Positions 54,601 through 64,000 of a DNA stretch of 64,000 nt are shown here, piece after piece. Made by a program: the position numbers and the translations under genes. This DNA comes from Trichinella spiralis (lineage: Eukaryota): assembly GCF_000181795.1 (NCBI RefSeq), contig NW_003526945.1, positions 1,426,796 to 1,490,795 on the forward strand. Reading direction: 5' to 3'. How positions within the stretch are numbered: position 1 is the first letter of the stretch; each line of letters starts with the position of its first letter. The notes under the pieces were generated by a model. It saw only the letters and a program-made list of their open reading frames with translations, was not told the origin of the DNA and made no database searches.

Positions 54601-56027
54601 AATGACAGACGGATGCATATAGATAACAAATAGCACGCAAAACAACTCAACCAAAACCAACCACATTTCCTATATCCTATTTGATCAACGTGGAGAAAAT
54701 TTTGACCGATCATAAGCAAAGATTAGAATTTCTATTTCCGACAAATTATCGAAGTAATTGAATTAATTGCAGTTGCATTTACACGACGCACTTCTTCAAC
54801 AGAACACGTCCTTGAAGTGAACTTTCGATTCATCTTTGCATCAAATGTTAAACAAATCATACTTCATGTTTACTTCCTGGACATACAAAATACAATTTGA
54901 ACAAAATTTTCCCTTTAATCTAATCGACAACATTATTATCACGAAAACATCCACCACAGTTTTGCACAAATCTGTTTACCCCACCACTAATCCAAGCATT
55001 GTGTCAACAAACAAGTCTAAAGAGGCTAAAGCTGCTTTTTATCATTATATACAGTAAAATATACATCATTTCCCCATAATGGAACAGAATCTCAATTCAA
55101 TAATAATCAAAAGTTGAACCTGTAGTAGCTTAACTTGAAAAATTATTATCAAACTGTTGTTATTTATTTTAAATTTCTTAATAAACAATCAATTTTTCAA
55201 CATACTTTCATTTTGCTGTTCCCAACAGGTGAAATTGATTGAAAATATATATGATCGTTCAGCTGATATGTCAGAAGCTTGTGGGTTCCAGTCCACCGGC
55301 TGGCGATGATAAAAAGCCACAAACTAAATATAATAATAATAATAAACCGTTGAATACTTGCAGACAAGAAAGACTGGGACAACGTGCGCGAGATTCTTCT
55401 TCGTCAGAGTTGTCGAATAAATTGATTGGTCGCAGCGGCATTGCAAACAGCTCGCCCGCCGGGCTACAGCACTTTTTGAAAATTAAGTTCACTTGATCAA
55501 CAGATGATTACAGATTTTTTATTTTTCATTTTAATACAAAATTTTCAGCAAATTTCCAATAATACAGCAAGTTAAATAACAAGTAAAATTTATTTATTTG
55601 TTTATCGCTTGAAATAAGAAGAAAAAAAGTTGGTTTACTTTTGATGCTTTGCATTACGAAAAAAAAGCATTTGGAAGCGAGTTCAAATAGCATATTTATA
55701 AGCTTCACTGACTAAAAATTGCTTCTTTTCTTTTTTTTCATTCCAACTGACGTCAATTAACGTTGTTCTGGCTTATAGCATTTAGCAGATAATGTTGAAC
55801 AAACGCAAAAGCTAGACAACAAATGTTTGCACTGAAATGCTCTATTTATTTAATTTGTATTCTATTCTACACGCACTGGATGCTTGTTTGGCATTGAGCA
55901 TTATATCACGATCAGAAAATGATAAGCATCGACTGAAACTAAAAAGAACAAGCAAATAAGCTGTACGATAAAATAATGCCAATAATATATAGATTTATTT
56001 TGTAAAAAAAAGTGAAATATAATTCAG

Positions 56028-56032
<5 letters not shown>

Positions 56033-56070
<38 letters not shown>
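56033..56070. repeat. (AT)n microsatellite
   Basis: About 19 AT units downstream of Wntless. Confidence 0.95.
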
Positions 56071-56075
<5 letters not shown>

Positions 56076-56514
56076 TGAATGAATCGTTTTTATGATCTGT
56101 GCTATAAGTGGTGTATCAGAAAATATTTGATTATAATGCTTCTTGAACACTGAACAATGAAAAAATTCAACACATAATCAAATTATAGATTATTTTCCAT
56201 TGGCGAGTTTCTTACAAAAGAAACTCACATAACATTATGCAAATTTCCTTTTCTTTCTCAATTCTTGATTATTATTATTATTAATTTGCAAATATAATAA
56301 TAATAATAATAATAACAATCGTCAAAATATTCAATAATCTAAGCTAATGACTATTTTTTTTAGTAAAGCGCATTCCTAGTAAAAATATGCACACACACAT
56401 ATATATATATATAACAAAAAGGAAAAAGCGTTGAAATAAATGACGTCATGAGTGAAACAAATATTCTAAGATCAATAAAATCTCAAATAACAAAATGAGA
56501 AATATACAAATCAT

Positions 56515-59500
56515 CTAGTCGAATGCTGGCTTTGCGAATGCAGTCAACGAAGACATCTCCGTGGCTGCTAATCCTTGATCATCGTCATCATCTTCGTTAT
56601 TTAATGCTAAAAACAATGAATTGAATAAGTATTATTATATTTTTTTATATCTATTTGTAAATTAACTTTCCCCATTTTACAACTTCCTCTTCCTTATACA
56701 CGTAATATTATAGAAGAAATATTTGAACCGTTTGCCTATTTTTCCATTTCTACATTTCCCACGAGACTGAAAATATTATGATGCTGTGATTGAAAATGTA
56801 ATTTATTATTGAATTATTAAAGTTCGAAAAAAGAAGAAGAAATTTATTCCCCATTTTCCAATTATACATCTTCCAGACGTGACGGCAATACTATAAATCA
56901 AAACTGTGCCCTCGCAATTGACTATAATTTTGACCAAACAAATTTTAATTTCAAAGAATCAATAAAACAAACTAGAACTTATCCAATCTCAGAACTGGTT
57001 TCAAAAATAAAATCGCCTTAATACTGCACCCAAATTTCTTCAAATGACCATCATTCCTCATTGTTCATGAATAAGAAAGTTGAACATTTTATTTACCTTG
57101 TGTAGATTCAACGTATTTTTTATGACTAGGTGCGTACATTGCCAATAGACAAAATGTATAAATGTTCCACATTCCATAAACGCCAGTTTGTACAGCACTG
57201 GTATACTGTATACTTTCGTATTCATCATAATCACCCCAACGTAATTGACCTTCGCCAATCTGTAATACATGCACATTATATCTGTATAGAATGTCCAAAA
57301 AAAAACATCACCTGAGTCAATGCAAATGCTATCACCGTCATTGCTGCACATAAGAGTGTAAAAAACATGAGAAATTTAAAACGAAATATAATTGCCTGAA
57401 ATAAAAAGCAAATTTCTAATCAATTATGGATCACTGACAACTGATCTACCTGAAATCGCAAACGCCGAGGACGTTTCATTGTATTCATACTGGCCCGTCT
57501 TTGTTTAATTGTACGCCAGACACGAGTCACCAGACAAAACAAAAATATAAAGTAGACAATGGCCGAAATAACAGCAAGAATAATGAACAAATACTACAAA
57601 AAATTTATCGATTAAAATAATCATCCTCTTTGATCTTTTCGACATTTCATACAGCGAGATTCGATCCAAGACTTGTAGACCAAATGCTGTAAAAAGGGCT
57701 CGTCAAATGAACACCACGTTCGCAGGCGTCGAAAACCAACAAACAAGCACAGCCGAAAAATACTGAACTCAAATTTTTCCAATATGCACTCAAATCATTT
57801 TTCGTTTCTTGATCCTAAACAATAACCGAATTGAATACGATTTATCCATTCGACGACAACTTTGATAATAATTACTATCAAATGTTCTCCGGCAAAAATC
57901 AACCAAAAACTCAGTAAAACTGCATAAAACAGTCCTTGGCGCAAGTCAGAAAATACAAGCATAAAAGGTAAGCGTACCCAAAAGCTAAGCCATTCTATTG
58001 GAACTATAAAAAAAGGAAAAAATTTTTCAAATTTGCTATTAGACAATTAATTATATAATCATTTTACAATCGATGAAAAGCATTGCCGCTCCCAAACAGA
58101 ATATGCTCTTCTCCAACAGTACAGGAGGACGAGGCAATCCACGAACTCGTCTATAGTACCACACTAATCCGGCAAGCATAATTGGAAATAGAACTGTTTT
58201 CATCGAAAGCCATACTTTCGTGAATCCTCCGTTTTGGTGTATTTCCTTAAAAAAAATAAAACTCTTTTTAAACTAACATCACTACTTCACAATTGTTAAA
58301 TGCATACGAACCATGACAGACATTTCTGTTAAACGCCCAATTTCTGTATTATAATGCGCTGATTCATTTCCACCTGGTATTCGAATGTTCAACAAATAGA
58401 AAGGATAATCACAAGAACCTAATTCAAACAATTCAATCGGTTCGCACTGATAATTAAAGCCGTTCTGCATCTAAATATATATATATATATAGATATATAT
58501 AATGTATATAATTATTTGATAAAATTATCAATAAATACGTGATAGTCTTCAATAGTGCAACGTAATCTTCGAGAAATTGTAGCAGATGTCAGTTCGTGCC
58601 AAACATGTACAGGATCATCATGCGTCTTATATCCCATTCGAACCTCAAGACGAAGTTCAGGATTTGTTCCTGAATTGTTGAAAGTTATTTACCAAAGCAA
58701 TTCAATGACATTATTTTTTACCCATTTTCCATTGAGGATTTTGTGAATATTCAGTTTGAACAACTAACAATCCTAAAAGCCATTGAAACCAGCGGCTAAA
58801 TTCCAATTGGATGTCATTTCGAGGATTTGGCATCTGTGCAACAAAAACGAGTTCGCGAGGGTCTCCAGTAGCCAATAAATATGGATTTTCTATTGTTCCA
58901 AGATCGTTCAATTCTTCTGGACAGCCATCCTTGGGTCGAATATAAAACCAACGATTGTCTTGGCCAAGTGAACGATCAACACATATGCGCATCAGATGTT
59001 CCATATGCGATGATGGGCTGGGTGCTGGAACAAATAAAATTTTCTTTTTTGTTTGCTTGTTGTCATCGTAAACTTCTTCATTACAAATTCATATCAAAAT
59101 TCAATTTTAACATTACATATAAAATAAGCACTGTCGCAAATTGAAATTATGTTTAAACTTAACCGTTTCTTAATCTTTATTTTGAAATGCTATATAATTG
59201 AACTGTCCACTTAAAACACCAAAATATTGCTTGTCTAGTGTTTACCTAAGTGATGCCTAAATCAAATTTCACATGATAACTGCTATACAGACAACAAATT
59301 ACTATTAGTGGAAAAATTCTACTACGAAAAAAATTCTGCAAACAACGTGCGCATATGATCCTTTGTTAATACGCAACAATGATACTGAAACTGAAACATT
59401 TTTAGTAGAATAAATGTAAGCCCTCTTTTGAAATATGAATCACGTTTCAACAGAATGACTGTTTCTAAAAATAAATCAGTCGTTCAAATAAACTATCTAT

Positions 59501-60057
59501 CTACTGACAGCAACGAGCCCCATAAATTTTCAAAAGAATGAAATTTCTAGAAAATTAATTTATCAAAAGTAGCAATTTTTAAGCAAAAATATCATATCAG
59601 ATTAGAAACTTCTTTACCAAAAAATTTCAAACTAAAGCAACAAATCAATTAAAAATAAAATTTTCATTTAAACAATGACTAAAATCTCATTAATAAATCA
59701 ATTTTTAATTTTTTAAATTAAAATAGCTATCATTAATTAGATTTGAAAAATTGTACATTTCAGTTACAAAATTAAAATCAATTTTACCGCTAAAATAATC
59801 AAAGCTTTGAAAAAATTATTTTAAATAATTTCGCTACATAAAACGGCTTGTCATACTGAAATAAAAGTTTGAATTTCATTCTTTTCCAAAAAAGGTAAGA
59901 TTATTTTGTATTGGATATTTTTAATAAACATTTGCATCCACTTACCAAGCAAGCCGCCGACTAAGAAGAAAATAACTTGCACAATTCCAAGAATGGTAAA
60001 TAATATGTAGAGTTTTCTGGAACTGAGATTTTCTATTACAGCGCCAATGTTCTCCAT
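56515..60057 (-). CDS. WLS: Protein wntless (mig-14/GPR177), ~11 exons
   Basis: [12 protein letters not shown]...[21 protein letters not shown]...[43 protein letters not shown]...[38 protein letters not shown] and [22 protein letters not shown]. An alternative ATG lies at 60072. Confidence 0.96.
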
Positions 60058-61681
60058 TCCAGTGCACTTCATGCAAGGCAAACGATGATAGCGACGATTG
60101 CCGTTTCAGGAAATCATAAAATTACAGAAAGACCATCCTGTGTTATGCAGGTATAACAAAAGTACTGTAATGTAATTTGTGTCATGAACAATAGCACAGA
60201 AAATACGTTTAACAAATGAAATTTACTTGAGTTTAAATTTTTTAAAGTTATTTTATTTTTAAGCTATTAAAATAATGAATGCAAACAATGAATATGAATT
60301 TATATTGTTATAAAATGCGCCATACTTTTGTGAGACAGAAATCTATGCTTAAAAGTGCACAATCGAAGATGAAGTGCTTTCAAAAGATGCTCATTTGTAG
60401 TTTAAGTATTGTTTTTGATCAATATATTAGTTTTTTAAGAAATCATTATCTAGTTTTAGAAATCATATTTAAAAATTACTGTACTTCTTCTTCATGCATC
60501 TTAAAATTTTTTACTCAGTGACAGTATCCTTAGAAGTACTTTGAAGAAAATTTTCATGGTAATTATACTTTACAAATTTAATGATACGATTTTGCTGTAT
60601 TTCAATTTTTAAGTTTATTTGTAAAGCACGTTTTTTGTTATAAATTTGTATACTTTTTATGGTTTTTGAAGGTATTGAGATGCTTGCGAGTAATTTTAAT
60701 TTGAATAATTTGATCGAATATTTAGAGCATGTTTTTAGCGCATATTTGAGGCATTTGTGAAATTTTATTTTTCAAAAATTTAGTTATACTGAATATTGAA
60801 ATGTAATAGTTTTACGGTTCATCAGGTTGTTGTTTTTTCTTTGATTTTGCATGTTCACATTTCTGCTGACGAAATGCTAATGTTCAGTGCTATTCATTTT
60901 CAGTGTCATGGTGTGTGAACGTTTTGTTTGACAGCGATATTCGTTTTCAGCATTTCGTACGCATATTGGCAGTGCTTAAAATAAATATTATTTGCTCTTC
61001 TATTTTGATATTCGCATAAATTTGAAATTGCGTTCCATTTATGTTTCGTCTTTAAATATAAATTTATGAATAGTTGGCTATTCATGAAAAAGTGACTAAA
61101 AAATACAAATTTGATACATCACTTGTAAATGGTGGCTGAGTTGTTGGAAAAAAATTTTGATTTAGCATGAAATTTTAATATACAATTATGAAAACTTAAT
61201 CTTGGATGAAATATTTCATCGACAGATGAATATAACAAGTAAAAAAGATGAGTAGGAGGAACAATTGAATAATATTGTATTGTTGAAGAAGAAAAAAAGT
61301 GATATCGCATGCATGGAAAGTGTTCAAAGGCGCGAAAAGTTGGCAGAAATTGAGAAAAACCAGTTTTTAATTTACGAAAACTTTTTCCAGTCAAAACAAT
61401 TTTTGTTGATATTTTGTCTCATTAGTTGCCTACTGTGCCCTCCTTATACTCACATATAAATATATTCTGTTCCTTATTATCGTCATTATTATACTTTATA
61501 CTTTGTCGGCTGCGTGGTAATTCAAATTCTTTGCGAATTGAACAGCGCATTTAACATAGTCATTTTCATTTGGTTCTTCCGTCGATTATGTATATTTATA
61601 TGTAATGCATAAAATGAACAATGAAATGAAATATTAATTTGAAAAAATATTTGATTATACTTTTTTCAGTTTTTTGACAAA

Positions 61682-64000
61682 ATGCTGAAAATTTCAACAT
61701 CCAGTTTTCGAATTTCCGTTTTTTTACGTACAACAGCACAAATGACAACTGCGAAACAAGCTGTCGGTCGTTCTATGTACTGTGAATTTTTGTCCTCGGA
61801 CAAATTTGCGCCAAGACATTTAGGTCCAAACGATGCTGAACAACAGCAAATGCTGAACGCAATTGGATGCAAAGTAAGTTTCATTTTTACTATACTTTTT
61901 GCTAAATTATAAATAAATTATGTTTTGATATTGTCTGATTGGGTAGAGTATGAAATTTTATTTCTATATTGCTTAAGTTGGTATGTGATAATGAATAATG
62001 AAATTTGTTATAAAAAGAAAATGATATATTCAGAATAAAAATATGCTATTCTAAAAGTTCAGATGAGATATTTTTAACAGTTGTTTAATTTTGCATTCTT
62101 AGTCATTAGATGAACTTACTGATAAAGCAATTCCTGAGTCAATCCGACTTAAGAAAAATCTCCAATTACCAAAAGAATTAGGTAGTACAAAATATTGAAA
62201 TGTTTTTCTTTTCCTAAATATGTATATATATATTATTTCTTTTTTTTTAGGTGAAGAAGAAGCATTGAAACGCATTAAAGAAATTGCGTCAAAAAATAAA
62301 ATTTGGAAGAGTTATATTGGAATGGGTTTTAACGATTGTATTATCCCGTCGGTTATCAGACGCAATGTATTTGAAAATTTAAATTGGTCAGTGTGCCGTT
62401 TTATTCTACTCTTAATAGCGCAATTTATGTCACAGCTTTCAGGCTTACACCATACACTCCATATCAACCGGAAATATCGCAGGGTCGATTGGAAAGTTTG
62501 ATGAATTATCAAACAATGGTATGTCAGATGACTTCAATGGACGTTAGCAATGCATCACTGCTAGATGAAGCAACTGCGTGTGCAGAAGCTATGCAGCTTT
62601 GCCATAGGTTTGTTGCAATGTTATTATAATAAAGTTAATTTTTTAAGATAATATGAGTTTTAGTGCTACTAAAAATAAGATATTTTTTGTCGATGCATAT
62701 TTACATCCACAAAATATTGCCGTTTGCTCTACTCGTGCTCAGTAAGTTATGTGTTTCTGTGAATGTGTATATATCAACCAATATCAAATTTTAGAACAAT
62801 GGGAATTCAATTGAAATTGGTTAGAAATTGGGAAAAGGAAAATTTAGATGGTATATCTGGTGCAATCGTTCAATATCCAAATACAGAAGGCGCACTGGTC
62901 GATTACTCTGCTTTAGCAGACCGTGTTCATTCACACGGAGTATTTATGTCATTATTCTTTGGGAACAAATGAATTTTGGACAAATCTGAAATTTTTTTTA
63001 TTGCAGGGACTTTTTGTTATGGCTACAGACCTTTTGGCGTGCGCTTTGATTCGACCACCTGGAGAATACAAAGCTGACGTGTGTGTTGGCAATACACAGC
63101 GCTTTGGCTTGCCTCTTGGTTACGGTGGACCCCATTCAGCATTTTTTGCTGTATCGAATAGATTTAAAAATGGTGCTTTAATCCGTCTTATTCCTGGTAG
63201 AATTGTAGGCTTATCAAAGTTTGTATTCATTTTTTTAAATTAAAATTAAATTTTATTTCTTAATGCAACAATAATTGTAGAGATCGTAATGGTTCGCCAG
63301 CGTATCGTCTTGCTTTACAAACCAGAGAGCAGCATATTCGTAGAGGCAAAGCAACATCCAACATCTGCACTTCTCAAGTATATGAAATGCACTTTTATGA
63401 TCATTACTTTTTCATGCTCATGATATAGTAGTGTTATAAAAATTTTAGAGAAAAAGATAAAATTTAGAAACCATATTCTGTAGAAATAGAATTCAATTTA
63501 TAATTAATTGTTATTTTCCAACTTTATGAAAAAAATAATTAACTTTGCGCTTTGTGTTTCCGTGCGCAAGAGCCCGTTGATTACATTTCAGTGGCTTCAG
63601 TTTAGCAGAAGGGAAGGTTTATTTGTTGAGCTGAAATATATTCAATATTATTTATTTAGGCGTTGTTGGCAAATTTATCAGCTATGTACGCTATACATCA
63701 TGGCCCGGTGGGCTTGAAGCGCGTGGCCAAAAAAGTTCACGATGCAACATTGGTTGTTGCAGAAGGTATTTTATACTTTATTTTATTATGAATTTATAAC
63801 ATTGCTTATAATAATATCGATAAAATTATATATTTATTTTTTAAGTTTAACATTTTTCAGGTTTAAAGAAATGTGGCTTTCAATTGAAGCATGATAATTT
63901 CTTTGACACACTAACGATAGAAAATATCGATAGCAATCAAGTTGAGAAAATTCGACGTCGAGCTGAACAATCACATATAAATCTTCGTTATTATACAAAT
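61682..64000 (+). CDS. GLDC: Glycine dehydrogenase (decarboxylating), mitochondrial P-protein; 3' part outside the window
   Basis: Transit-like N-terminus, [72 protein letters not shown] and [30 protein letters not shown]. Confidence 0.97.

Noticed and set aside
7084..60057. Wnt-pathway cluster (TPBG-like gene plus Wntless)
   Set aside because: The genes are ~48 kb apart with unrelated genes between them, and TPBG orthology is unproven.
1..64000. U12-type or AT-AC introns
   Set aside because: The introns I traced are GT-AG without an RTATCCTT donor. The matches to that motif I found are exonic, antisense or intergenic.
1..64000. tRNA, rRNA, snRNA, SL RNA and CRISPR arrays
   Set aside because: No convincing T-loop/cloverleaf, leader-plus-Sm-site or repeat-spacer pattern was visible by eye. 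An Infernal/Rfam scan would be needed to exclude them.

Overview
AT-rich eukaryotic genomic DNA with many short (~50-70 nt) GT-AG introns. Gene content and intron style suggest a nematode, most plausibly a Trichinella-like clade I species (inference). I spliced the genes by hand. Recognisable genes are TAF2 (partial), NDUFB9, a TPBG/5T4-like LRR membrane protein, a RhoGAP, an EGF-repeat membrane protein with a PPxY tail, ARFRP1, an intronless divergent WDR82, a divergent primase large subunit (PRIM2), pyruvate kinase, Wntless and glycine decarboxylase (partial), plus a few orphan ORFs. A repeat island at ~26-30 kb holds a decayed Gypsy-like LTR retrotransposon (168-bp LTR, PBS-like site, gag, CCHC knuckle) broken up by tandem duplications, next to an old inverted repeat. 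The two most notable observations: (1) pyruvate kinase has a pair of 119-nt mutually exclusive exons in the allosteric C-domain, one exon downstream of the vertebrate PKM1/M2 switch; (2) the PRIM2 homologue keeps all four Fe-S cysteines but has lost several primer/template-binding residues. No tRNA, rRNA or CRISPR was found.
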